64,000 nt of DNA from a phage, in sequence record PX104379.1. One strand, written 5' to 3'. This document shows positions 1 to 8,572 of the stretch, piece after piece; the first letter of the stretch is position 1; each line of letters starts with the position of its first letter. Made by a program: the position numbers and the translations under genes. The notes below the pieces were generated by a model. The model had not been told where the DNA came from. It did not search any database and was given only the letters and a program-made list of their open reading frames with translations.

Positions 1-607
1 CTTCAATGTTTTCTGCCGAGCGTTTAATGTCAAGATACACATTACCGTTTTTAGCGATTTTACATGACATTCCGATGTCAGTAAATTTCTGAATATGATG
101 TTCCATCATTTTGTATCCAAAAATTCGCATATTTCCATTGTTGTTAATTTCAAAATTGCGAATTCCATGAGTACGTTTTTCTAAAATAGCAAGATAATTA
201 CTACGATAAGTTTCAACCTTTTTAAGAACAAATCCATTTTCATCTAAAAGTTTTAACATGAGGTCTTTATCTTCTTCCATATCGGAAGTAATCTCGCGAG
301 CTTTACGAGTTGCTCGTTTTTTCAGCAGTTCCGGAGCATTTTCCTGCGCATATAAAGTTGCTGCGTTTGAAATAATATCTTGCGCTTCGCCTGTGATGAT
401 TAATCCATCACCTGATTTCTCCACCAGGCCTTTTTTAATCAATACCCCAATATTACTATTAACTACTGCGTTACCTAAATCTGGATGCACCTCACGAACT
501 TCTGCGGCTGTAATGAAATCTTTCTTAGCAATAGTAATTAAAATCGCAGCGGTTTTTTCATTCAGAACATCGTTAGAAGCTTTGATGATGTAAGTTACTT
601 TAGACAT
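1..607 (-). CDS. motA: MotA middle-transcription activator, partial (last ~9 codons lie beyond window start)
   Basis: Minus-strand translation from ATG at 607 begins MSKVTYIIKASNDVLNEKTAAIL and ends ...KRSAENIE at the window edge, matching T4 MotA as I recall it; GGAG RBS upstream. Confidence 0.85.
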   Translation of the reverse strand, partial: MSKVTYIIKASNDVLNEKTAAILITIAKKDFITAAEVREVHPDLGNAVVNSNIGVLIKKGLVEKSGDGLIITGEAQDIISNAATLYAQENAPELLKKRATRKAREITSDMEEDKDLMLKLLDENGFVLKKVETYRSNYLAILEKRTHGIRNFEINNNGNMRIFGYKMMEHHIQKFTDIGMSCKIAKNGNVYLDIKRSAENIE

Positions 608-648
608 TTTCTAATCTCCGTAATTCTGTATCAGTAGTTGATAGTTGT

Positions 649-678
649 ATAGTACCACAGTATGCTTTGGTTGTAAAC
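649..678 (-). promoter_or_regulatory. T4-type early promoter (-35 GTTTACA, 17 bp, -10 TACTAT) upstream of motA
   Basis: Minus strand reads GTTTACAaccaaagcatactgtggTACTATA followed by GGAG and the motA ATG; A/T-rich UP-like tract upstream. Confidence 0.7.
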
Positions 679-710
679 CGTTTTGTGAAAAAAATTTTTG
701 AAATAAAAAA

Positions 711-730
711 GGGAGAGCCTCGGCTCTCCC
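711..730 (-). terminator. GC-rich hairpin (9-bp stem) with T-run, terminator after gene 52 operon
   Basis: gggagagcc-tc-ggctctccc perfect inverted repeat; minus strand followed by TTTTTTATTT. Confidence 0.7.
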
Positions 731-736
731 TAAAAA

Positions 737-886
737 TTACTGCATGACTGTGATAACTGTCATGATAACACGTTGAATTCCGAACGCAAGAAGACCTCCT
801 GCTACGGCTGGAACAACACCTAAACCCGCCAGTAAAATGCTACCAGATACTAATGCAGCGCTTGTAATACCAATGAATGGACTCAT
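737..886 (-). CDS. small hydrophobic protein (49 aa), start overlaps gene 52 stop (ATGA)
   Basis: MSPFIGITSAALVSGSILLAGLGVVPAVAGGLLAFGIQRVIMTVITVMQ; below ORF-track size cutoff; translational coupling to 52. Confidence 0.45.
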   Translation of the reverse strand: MSPFIGITSAALVSGSILLAGLGVVPAVAGGLLAFGIQRVIMTVITVMQ

Positions 887-2211
887 TTGATTTCCTCTAA
901 ATCTTTGGTGTATTCTGTAACTACATCAGTAGTTTTCCAATATTCGTTTTCTTCTTTTTTAGCTTTAGCTTCTTCAGCAAGTTTCTTTGCTTCATCAGAA
1001 GTCATATGAAAAATATTCATACCAACTAGTTTATCAACATAAGAAGAATACATCTCAATTTTAGAAAGTTCTTCAGTCAGTTCTTTGCGAGTTTTACCCT
1101 GTACAACGATTTCACCTGAAATTACTTTCTTAATGAAATGTGCCTTGGCAAAGGCTAAACGAAAAACTGACTCAGTTTCTTTGATTTTGTTATCAATTCG
1201 TTTTTGGACATAAGTTTTACGAACTTCAACAAAGTCTTTAATTAAATCAACTACATTATCGTAAACTTGTAGTTTTCCTTTCTCATTAATAACCGTAATA
1301 TTCTGAGAACGACGCTCAATCAACCCGAAGTCTTTCATAATTTTTGCATGGCGTTCTTCTTCATTATCGCTCAAAGAATATTCTTTACGGAATTTAATTT
1401 TAAAGCCAAAACCATGCTCACCACAAGCATCATCCCATGTAATGAAGCCTTTATCTTCAAGTGGGTCTAAGATTTTACTCACATAAGTTTCACGATCATA
1501 CTTATACGGAATCTCAGTGATATGCATTTGAGTTCGTGAAGTAAACTTATATGTTCCACGAATTTCATATTGCCCATCAATTTCAACGACTTCACCACGA
1601 AATTCTGGGAATTCTACCTTCGGTTTAGTTACTTTCTTTCCTTGAAGAGCTTGCAGTACAGCTTTCTTGACAGAAGAAACACTATGAGGAAGAATGTAAG
1701 TTGCATAGCCAGTTGCAATACCGGAAACACCATTAAGAAGAACAGTAGGAATAATAGGCAAATAGAAAGCAGGCGGAATGTGTTCTTTATCTTGATGTAC
1801 CGGAGCATATTCAGTATCTTTATATACGTTATAGAAATTTTTACTTACACGAGCAAAAATATAACGACTTGCCGCTGCTTTTTGAACGGTACGAGAACCA
1901 AAGTTTCCTTGACCATCTAACAGAGGAAAATTATTATTCCAAGTGTTAGCCATCAAAGCACCCGCGTCTTGTGCAGAGTTTTCGCCATGATGATATCCAA
2001 GGTCCGCTACACCACCTGCAATAGAAGCGAGTTTGTGAAACTTATCTTTATTTCCTCGTGCCAAATCAAGAGCTCGAGCAATAACAAATCGTTGAACTGG
2101 CTTAAATCCGTCAATCATATTTGGAATGGCACGATTTTCAACCGTGTACATAGCATAAGCCAATGCTTCATTATCAATGATACTTTTTAAATCGCGATTA
2201 TTCAGTTGCAT
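883..2211 (-). CDS. 52: DNA topoisomerase II medium subunit (GyrA-like), gp52
   Basis: 442 aa ORF, same length as T4 gp52; topoisomerase-like sequence and conserved position beside motA. Confidence 0.9.
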   Translation of the reverse strand: MQLNNRDLKSIIDNEALAYAMYTVENRAIPNMIDGFKPVQRFVIARALDLARGNKDKFHKLASIAGGVADLGYHHGENSAQDAGALMANTWNNNFPLLDGQGNFGSRTVQKAAASRYIFARVSKNFYNVYKDTEYAPVHQDKEHIPPAFYLPIIPTVLLNGVSGIATGYATYILPHSVSSVKKAVLQALQGKKVTKPKVEFPEFRGEVVEIDGQYEIRGTYKFTSRTQMHITEIPYKYDRETYVSKILDPLEDKGFITWDDACGEHGFGFKIKFRKEYSLSDNEEERHAKIMKDFGLIERRSQNITVINEKGKLQVYDNVVDLIKDFVEVRKTYVQKRIDNKIKETESVFRLAFAKAHFIKKVISGEIVVQGKTRKELTEELSKIEMYSSYVDKLVGMNIFHMTSDEAKKLAEEAKAKKEENEYWKTTDVVTEYTKDLEEIK

Positions 2212-2215
2212 AAAT

Positions 2216-2356
2216 TTACCATACTAGTGAATGTAGTGCCATAATAACATCAGAAATGAAAAGCACGACTTGAATTAATCCGAACATTATTCCGTAATAT
2301 AACGCTATCAATAAAATAGCAAGGGCTAATGAATAGCCCAAGATTTTCTTAATCAT
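2216..2356 (-). CDS. small membrane protein (46 aa), 52.1-like
   Basis: MIKKILGYSLALAILLIALYYGIMFGLIQVVLFISDVIMALHSLVW; start overlaps ac stop (ATGATTAA). Confidence 0.4.
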   Translation of the reverse strand: MIKKILGYSLALAILLIALYYGIMFGLIQVVLFISDVIMALHSLVW

Positions 2357-2504
2357 TTTTTGAACCGATACAAGCGAATAATGATAAAACTACTAATGTC
2401 CCTTGAGCTATTGACTGTAAAAATACTGAAGTTTCTCCAGTTATTATTGTTTCGGCGAATAAAAAGGACCAACAGAAAAAGGCTATACCATGAACAAATT
2501 TCAT
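2349..2504 (-). CDS. ac: Ac-like small membrane protein (51 aa; acridine sensitivity locus in T4)
   Basis: MKFVHGIAFFCWSFLFAETIITGETSVFLQSIAQGTLVVLSLFACIGSKND; GAGGA RBS; position between 52 and stp as in T4. Confidence 0.6.
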   Translation of the reverse strand: MKFVHGIAFFCWSFLFAETIITGETSVFLQSIAQGTLVVLSLFACIGSKND

Positions 2505-2511
2505 ATTTTCC

Positions 2512-2592
2512 TCACTGGCGTCCGAAGACGCCTTTAGTTTTAAGATTATTACGATAGAACTGCATCACATGTTCGTTATGGAAATTACTCAT
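2512..2592 (-). CDS. stp: Stp peptide (26 aa; PrrC anticodon nuclease activator / restriction antagonist)
   Basis: Translation [26 protein letters not shown] matches T4 Stp as I recall it; start overlaps ndd stop (TAATG). Confidence 0.8.
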
Positions 2593-3035
2593 TAATATGC
2601 CTGCAAAACAAATTTAAAGTTATCAGCCAACATACGGTTCATTTCTTCAAGTGTTTGATACTCAGAATGATGATTACGAGTAAACGCCAAAGCTAACTGA
2701 CCTTTACCAAATCCTGTCGTCAGAGGTTTCATCTTAGAAGCAGGCAGATAAAACACTGTGTATACTATATTGTTATTTGCAATAGTACGCGCAAGTTGAG
2801 ACCGGCGTTGACGAATATGACTTAGAACTGCGCTGAATCCTTGCTTAGAACGCTGATTACCCACATAAAATCGTGCAGATACGCATGAACCATCGAATTC
2901 ACTTACTAAAAAGTAAAATCCAGGTTTAGATAAAATATCTTTATGCGGAGTTCCCAAAAACCACTCACCACCCTTGATTGTACCAATAACAGTTGCGCCT
3001 GCATTGTTCAGATCAGTAACAGTCATATATTTCAT
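2592..3035 (-). CDS. ndd: Ndd nucleoid disruption protein
   Basis: ORF 2592..3083; likely start at internal ATG ([11 protein letters not shown]...) with GAGG RBS 9 nt upstream; ~147 aa versus ~151 aa for T4 Ndd. Confidence 0.7.
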
Positions 3036-3095
3036 ATTAATTTCCTCTAAATTATTTTCTACTCCAAGGCCGCATGAATACACACGGCCATTAAA

Positions 3096-3311
3096 TTAAT
3101 CGTCGCAGTCGACGCTCAATTCCCAAAACTCTTCTACAGTATAAGTTTCAGTATCATTTTCAATACAGAAACGTTCATTACTGTTATTTGCTAAAGTAGC
3201 ATTAACTGTCGGTTTCTCGCTAGTGCTCTTAAGAGGTGAAATACGAATTAACTGATCACCGTTATCTAAACAGAAAATTTCACCAACTTTTATATCTTTA
3301 AAGATTTTCAT
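3096..3311 (-). CDS. hypothetical protein (71 aa)
   Basis: ORF track; compact leftward gene array. Confidence 0.45.
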   Translation of the reverse strand: MKIFKDIKVGEIFCLDNGDQLIRISPLKSTSEKPTVNATLANNSNERFCIENDTETYTVEEFWELSVDCDD

Positions 3312-3426
3312 AATTCACCTCAAGGAGTATAAAATCCGAATGCAGTTGTTGACCATCCCATCCAATATGGAAAATTTGCACCAATGTAAAACATAAGAAT
3401 ATAAAACCAAATGTTTAGTAAATTCA

Positions 3427-3645
3427 TCATTTTACACCATTCCAAATTGTTTCAACTACGGATTTTAAACCATTTTGATGAATATCCATTCCGACTACTG
3501 CCATCAAATAGATTCCAACTACAACTGAACCTAAGGCAAAAATCAGCATAAAAATGAATAAAACCGGAAAAATATTATCGAAAAACCATTCAATAAATGT
3601 AAAAGCACTGCGTTTACGCTTCATATTTTCCTCACATAAATCCAA
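3427..3645 (-). CDS. small membrane protein (72 aa)
   Basis: Two hydrophobic helices (FPVLFIFMLIFALGSVVVGIYLMAVVG). Confidence 0.5.
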   Translation of the reverse strand: MDLCEENMKRKRSAFTFIEWFFDNIFPVLFIFMLIFALGSVVVGIYLMAVVGMDIHQNGLKSVVETIWNGVK

Positions 3646-3745
3646 AGTAAACGTTTAATACATCAATCATTAAAACGATTGGGAATATACTCAAAACTAT
3701 TAGTATTATAACTACATTCCATATAGCTTTAACAATCTTTTTCAT
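3632..3745 (-). CDS. small membrane protein (37 aa)
   Basis: ATG-started MKKIVKAIWNVVIILIVLSIFPIVLMIDVLNVYFGFM preceded by GGAGG; the longer track ORF to 3880 starts at TTG and runs through the promoter cassette. Confidence 0.4.
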   Translation of the reverse strand: MKKIVKAIWNVVIILIVLSIFPIVLMIDVLNVYFGFM

Positions 3746-3771
3746 TTTCTGTTCCTCCGTAGTTGATAGGG

Positions 3772-3802
3772 TAATAGTACCACGGAAGAACAGTCTTGTA
3801 AA
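3772..3802 (-). promoter_or_regulatory. T4-type early promoter cassette
   Basis: Minus strand GTTTACA..17 bp..TACTATTA then caactacGGAGG and ATG. Confidence 0.6.
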
Positions 3803-3810
3803 CAGCTTTT

Positions 3811-3909
3811 TTAAAAATATTCGTAATAAATGTGAATACCAACCACTACCGCTGAAACCTGTGCAACCCACCACGCACAAGCAATAAGTACAGAATTCAA
3901 AATTTTCAT
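3811..3909 (-). CDS. micro-ORF, hydrophobic (32 aa)
   Basis: MKILNSVLIACAWWVAQVSAVVVGIHIYYEYF with GAGG RBS. Confidence 0.3.
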   Translation of the reverse strand: MKILNSVLIACAWWVAQVSAVVVGIHIYYEYF

Positions 3910-3988
3910 AATAACCTCATCACAAAAGTAAATGTTAAACAAATTACTGGAATACTAATTAACCAAACAAAACACCACCATAATGAAC

Positions 3989-4270
3989 TCATAATTCAAT
4001 CTCAGCGATTTTCATTTCATTACTATTAATAGCCTCTTTAAGACTATCTGAAAGAATTACATTCCAGTGGTCATTCATATGACCATTAACTAAGCGTGTA
4101 ATTTCTTCAGGAGTTGAAAAATAAGGCTGATCAGACTCCCAATGCGATAATCCTAAGCGAGTATAAATCATGCCTTCATCATCGCTCGAATATTCAACTG
4201 ACACAAACTCATCAGTTATTTTATGTTTAGCGTAATAAAATTTAAATTTCATTTTATTCTCCAAATCCAT
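3989..4270 (-). CDS. hypothetical protein (93 aa)
   Basis: ORF track; immediately downstream of an early promoter. Confidence 0.5.
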   Translation of the reverse strand: MDLENKMKFKFYYAKHKITDEFVSVEYSSDDEGMIYTRLGLSHWESDQPYFSTPEEITRLVNGHMNDHWNVILSDSLKEAINSNEMKIAEIEL

Positions 4271-4286
4271 ATCAGTTGATAGTTGT

Positions 4287-4316
4287 ATAATACCACGGTC
4301 CTTGTGGTATGTAAAC
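4287..4316 (-). promoter_or_regulatory. T4-type early promoter
   Basis: Minus strand GTTTACAtaccacaaggaccgtggTATTAT. Confidence 0.6.
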
Positions 4317-4332
4317 CGTTTTGTGAAAATTT

Positions 4333-4890
4333 TTAAATGGAAAGATACCAGCCGTTGTAGTTGCTTTTTCTTACAACCTTACGAAGGTCTTCTCTATCAC
4401 CGATGAACTTCGGAGTGTACTGGATGACACCTGGATGAATTTCTTTAGTGTTGAATATAATTATACAGTCCGCGACCTGGTGATTTAGAATGGGCCCTAG
4501 ATTTATTCCAGAACCATATGGATACTCTCCGCTGCATCCCGTTGTTACCGAAATCCAACGCGAGTCAGTTTGATGTGTCTTAACTTCTACACGGAGCCCA
4601 CAGTATTTTGGATGTGCTAAAACATCCCATGCATACGTGTACGGATCATCGGCATCTTCTTGACCTTTGTTAACATATCCACTCAACCAATCTGCTACCA
4701 CATACTCGGCATACACAGCAATACGGCATCTTTCGATAACTTCTGCCTTATCCTGATTTGGATTTTGTTTTAAAGAGTATCTTGCAGTATCAGCAATTTT
4801 GGCCTTCATTTCACTAGTCAAGTCACTGTTAGATAGTGTAAATGACGGAATCTGAAATAGTCTCTGCAAACCCGGATTCGTTTTCTGCAT
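4333..4890 (-). CDS. denB: DenB endonuclease IV
   Basis: 185 aa, same length as T4 DenB; position between rIIB and ndd. Confidence 0.75.
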   Translation of the reverse strand: MQKTNPGLQRLFQIPSFTLSNSDLTSEMKAKIADTARYSLKQNPNQDKAEVIERCRIAVYAEYVVADWLSGYVNKGQEDADDPYTYAWDVLAHPKYCGLRVEVKTHQTDSRWISVTTGCSGEYPYGSGINLGPILNHQVADCIIIFNTKEIHPGVIQYTPKFIGDREDLRKVVRKSNYNGWYLSI

Positions 4891-4934
4891 TTAAACTTTC
4901 CTTTATGTCGAAATCATAATTTCTCTTAAAACAA

Positions 4935-4950
4935 AAGGGCCGAAGCCCTT
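4935..4950 (-). terminator. GC hairpin with UUCG loop on the minus-strand RNA
   Basis: aagggccgaagccctt inverted repeat. Confidence 0.55.
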
Positions 4951-4952
4951 AT

Positions 4953-5147
4953 TTATTTGAATTGTGCAATTCTTTTCTCTAAACATTCAGCATAAGATTT
5001 CATTGAGATGAACTGTGAAAGTAGCAGTTCTTGCTCAACTGCACTAACCGTTAGAAACTTTGTGCTTTCTAAAAATTTACTCAGTGCATTAATTTTGAGC
5101 ATTAATTGATCGTATTCTTCTTTTACTCGTGCTTGATAACCTAACAT
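4953..5147 (-). CDS. hypothetical protein (64 aa, helical)
   Basis: ORF track; between two hairpins. Confidence 0.45.
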   Translation of the reverse strand: MLGYQARVKEEYDQLMLKINALSKFLESTKFLTVSAVEQELLLSQFISMKSYAECLEKRIAQFK

Positions 5148-5175
5148 AATTTTCCTTAGTTAAGGGCCGAAGCCC

Positions 5176-6114
5176 TTATTTAAATTGTTCAGTAACGTCT
5201 TCAACTACTTCGTATTGGCAGGTACGCATTTTAGCATCGTTGTAATCAATCGGAATTGATACTACATCGCGTGGATGTACTTTAACTTTTACAACTCGGC
5301 TGGTTGAACCACCGAAGTGACGAATATAAGATTTAGAACACACATGCAGACCACGAGAACAAGTTTGTGTATCATCGTCATTCACACGAGTACGTGGCAT
5401 TTTAACTACTTTACCAGGACTGTTATCAAAGGTGTTTGAGTGACAGTCAAAGTAATTGCTGCGAACTACTTTCCAAGCATAGAAGTAACCATCTTCTGTA
5501 ATTTCAATATCGTTTGCTACCAAGAAATCAAAGAGTCGAGATACCGCTTTTTGGCTTGGGTTTTCCAGCAGATTTTCCAAGAACGGAAAATAAAATTCAA
5601 AGTTTTCGCCTTTTTCCATCGAGTCAAGAATACGATCAACCAAACCAGACCGCAATTCGATATTTTGATAGAACAAGCTTCCACCTTCAATTCGAACATC
5701 GCCGGAAATATATTTTTCAACAGCACGGCGAACATTAATTTTTTGTGCAGCTTCTTCCAGCTTATCCGCTACAAGCAGATTAAGAATTTCCTGGAAGTTT
5801 GAATGAGTATTAGGAGTTGCGTTATAAGTTACACCGTCAACAGTAATTGAAATGAATTTTTTAGAAGCATTCCAAATAATATCAGATTTAGCAACTGGAG
5901 CAATAACTGCATCGCTATTAACTTTAACTGTAATATCACCGCTAATAGTAACTTTAGAGCGTTTAGCTTCTTCAGCATTTTTCAAAACACGACGGATTGT
6001 GTCAACCGATACACCTTGCCAATCAGCCAATTCCTGTTGGGTGTAATTACCACTTGAATACAGTTTAACAATTTCAGCTTGTTCGTTTTTGGTCAGGCAT
6101 TTAATATTGTACAT
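5176..6114 (-). CDS. rIIB: RIIB lysis inhibition/exclusion protein
   Basis: 312 aa as T4 RIIB; directly follows rIIA. Confidence 0.85.
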   Translation of the reverse strand: MYNIKCLTKNEQAEIVKLYSSGNYTQQELADWQGVSVDTIRRVLKNAEEAKRSKVTISGDITVKVNSDAVIAPVAKSDIIWNASKKFISITVDGVTYNATPNTHSNFQEILNLLVADKLEEAAQKINVRRAVEKYISGDVRIEGGSLFYQNIELRSGLVDRILDSMEKGENFEFYFPFLENLLENPSQKAVSRLFDFLVANDIEITEDGYFYAWKVVRSNYFDCHSNTFDNSPGKVVKMPRTRVNDDDTQTCSRGLHVCSKSYIRHFGGSTSRVVKVKVHPRDVVSIPIDYNDAKMRTCQYEVVEDVTEQFK

Positions 6115-6125
6115 AATTTTCCTTA

Positions 6126-8303
6126 TTAGGCCGCAAGGGCCTTCATAGTTTTAGCGATTTGAGAAACTTCATCATCACTTAAAGAGTTGCGATATCCGAT
6201 GAAGTCGGAAACAATACGGAATTTCTTGGTAAACTCAGCAACCATTTTATCACTATTTTTTGAAGCATTATTTGATAATACATCAAAAAGATTAGTTACT
6301 GTCCAGATGTCATGACCGATGGTATCTTTTCCACCATTAAAATATACACCGCGCATTGAACTAACTATATTAGCGAGTCGTGTATATTCTTCAGAAACTT
6401 CATCTGTACTGAAGTACTTCATCATAAAATCTAGTTCAGGATGCTTGATAATTTTATCAATATATCGTTGAGCTGAACTTGAATAACCTACATACTTATC
6501 ATAATCTACATCATCAAAAGCATCTACATATAAATCACGCAAAGATTCAAAAATACATTGGCACTGACCGAGTTCTTTTACCTTTTTCTGTAAAAGCGGA
6601 CGAATAACATAAAATTCATTAATGCCAATAAGATTAGCCATACGAATCAAAATATTCATAGATGGATGACAAAGTGATGTAGTACCATCCATAGAGAAAA
6701 TATCAGAACGATGCATATACGCTACATAACCAGTAATTTCATCTGCTTCTGACGTGAGTGTAAATAGTTCCTCTTTTTCCCATCGCCCATCTTTAATTTC
6801 AAATTTAAATGCTGTAGCAGCTTTAGGACGAGGAGCTTTACTTTTAACTACCTTTGGAATATAGCTTTTAACCAAAGCTTCAATTTCTGACAAATAATGA
6901 ATGTTAACTTCATCACTTTCAAACATTGCCATAATATCAGGTAGTAAATCAATCTGCGATTCTACTTCCGGATTAATAAACAGAAGACGCTCATTGTGAT
7001 GAATATTTAAGGTGTTATTAAATTCACTATCATCTAATGCACGTGCTAATCCACGGACAATATTAACACGATTTTTAATATTATCAATAACAATATTAAT
7101 TTTTGTCGTATTAATACCAAACAGACGATAACTTGATGCAACGGCTGAAGTTTCATGACTTTGCTTAATACGCTTCAGTCGAGGGTCAAGATTTACTTCA
7201 TACACCACGCCTGCATTACATAACTTACTGTCAGGTTCAAACATGCTCTGCATTTTCTTATATGACAGATTTTTAGTCGTGAATTTGACTGAATTACTAA
7301 TCATATAATCTCGAGCAGAATACCCCATCTTCATCAATTCACGATATGTATGACGAGGAGATGTAGATTCTTTAAATCGTTTTACATCTTCATTAAATGC
7401 TTTCTCACTGAGTTCTTTAACTCGTTCAATGATATTTTTACGAGTGCGATCATCTAGTGAAAGAGCCTCGCGAGATGGAGCAATATCAAGTGAACCCATT
7501 GGAAACTTAATGTAATTCACTTCATTGCGAATGCTTAGCCAGTTACGGTCTCTAATAACACCATCGATAGGATAAACAATACCGCCATAGATAGCATATA
7601 ATCCACCACGATCAGGCCAGTATCTTTCTGGATTTACACCATAATAATCATCAAAATCAGGAAAATAATCAATTTCGCGGTCAAGACCATTAATGATAGC
7701 CAAATCTTTGAACGGTCGCATGATATAAGAAACTTCATAAGCAAAGTTTCTAAAGTCTTTTTCTTCAACTGGAACTACGATTTCAATACCAGTTTTATCA
7801 TTTGGACCCATTTCTTTTACGAATGTAGGTTTAATTTGTGGACCATCGCCATCCATGTAAGCTACATAACCACGAATTTCACCTTTATGATACGAAGTAA
7901 TACTAAACGTATCAGTATAACTAAACGGAGATTTAGAACCTAAACCAAATCCGCCAATGAAATCATTAGATTCAGCCTTAGATGAACTGAAGTATGAATT
8001 ATACAAACCAGGAGAATTATCATCACCCTGAATATCAAAATCACTCATACCGGGACCAAAATCTCGGCAAACAAATCGTGGATCTAAACGTCCAGGAACT
8101 TGAATGATAAATTTTTCAGGATTTCCATTGAGAGCATGGGCATCAATCATGTTGGTAATCAATTCACGGACTACTGCGCGAATTTTGTTTGTATACAAAT
8201 CAGATGACAGAATTTTAAATACTTTAGGATTTGCTGCGATGCTAAATGCTTTTGATTTAGAACCATTACCAAGAATTGTTTCTTTTTCAGTGGTGATAAT
8301 CAT
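6126..8303 (-). CDS. rIIA: RIIA protein
   Basis: 725 aa as T4 RIIA; N-terminal GHKL-like region; a hairpin overlaps the last codons just upstream of the rIIB RBS. Confidence 0.9.
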   Translation of the reverse strand: MIITTEKETILGNGSKSKAFSIAANPKVFKILSSDLYTNKIRAVVRELITNMIDAHALNGNPEKFIIQVPGRLDPRFVCRDFGPGMSDFDIQGDDNSPGLYNSYFSSSKAESNDFIGGFGLGSKSPFSYTDTFSITSYHKGEIRGYVAYMDGDGPQIKPTFVKEMGPNDKTGIEIVVPVEEKDFRNFAYEVSYIMRPFKDLAIINGLDREIDYFPDFDDYYGVNPERYWPDRGGLYAIYGGIVYPIDGVIRDRNWLSIRNEVNYIKFPMGSLDIAPSREALSLDDRTRKNIIERVKELSEKAFNEDVKRFKESTSPRHTYRELMKMGYSARDYMISNSVKFTTKNLSYKKMQSMFEPDSKLCNAGVVYEVNLDPRLKRIKQSHETSAVASSYRLFGINTTKINIVIDNIKNRVNIVRGLARALDDSEFNNTLNIHHNERLLFINPEVESQIDLLPDIMAMFESDEVNIHYLSEIEALVKSYIPKVVKSKAPRPKAATAFKFEIKDGRWEKEELFTLTSEADEITGYVAYMHRSDIFSMDGTTSLCHPSMNILIRMANLIGINEFYVIRPLLQKKVKELGQCQCIFESLRDLYVDAFDDVDYDKYVGYSSSAQRYIDKIIKHPELDFMMKYFSTDEVSEEYTRLANIVSSMRGVYFNGGKDTIGHDIWTVTNLFDVLSNNASKNSDKMVAEFTKKFRIVSDFIGYRNSLSDDEVSQIAKTMKALAA

Positions 8304-8313
8304 AATTTCCTCA

Positions 8314-8517
8314 TTAATTCATATTACGCTTAATAACTTCAGCAACTTCTAGTAGTTCGTCTTTAGTTGCGGTGTCGGATTGAATTTTATCTCTAATATC
8401 TTTAAAGCGGTTTTTAAATTCTTCGGCTTCTCCCATATCGAAAAAGCGTTGAATGATTCTATATTCTCGATGAACTGCTTTATCAAAAAGTTCTAAATTT
8501 ACTTTATATGATTTCAT
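8314..8517 (-). CDS. hypothetical protein (67 aa)
   Basis: ORF track; own early promoter. Confidence 0.5.
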   Translation of the reverse strand: MKSYKVNLELFDKAVHREYRIIQRFFDMGEAEEFKNRFKDIRDKIQSDTATKDELLEVAEVIKRNMN

Positions 8518-8543
8518 TCCAATATCCTCATTTGCCCAATTAA

Positions 8544-8572
8544 TTATACCACATCCTTGTGGTAAAGTAAAC
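8544..8572 (-). promoter_or_regulatory. T4-type early promoter (-10 TATAAT)
   Basis: Minus strand GTTTACTttaccacaaggatgtggTATAAT; overlaps the 3' end of gene 39. Confidence 0.6.

Noticed and set aside
258-593. Plus-strand ORF of 111 aa
   Set aside because: Lies entirely antisense within motA, whose minus-strand translation is recognisable as MotA
1570-2190. Plus-strand ORFs inside gene 52
   Set aside because: Antisense to a well-supported topoisomerase gene; low-complexity translations typical of AT-rich antisense frames
2360-2557. Plus-strand 65 aa ORF
   Set aside because: Overlaps the minus-strand ac and stp micro-genes, which are better supported
5440-6046. Plus- and minus-strand alternative-frame ORFs within rIIB
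   Set aside because: Embedded in rIIB; no RBS; frame artefacts
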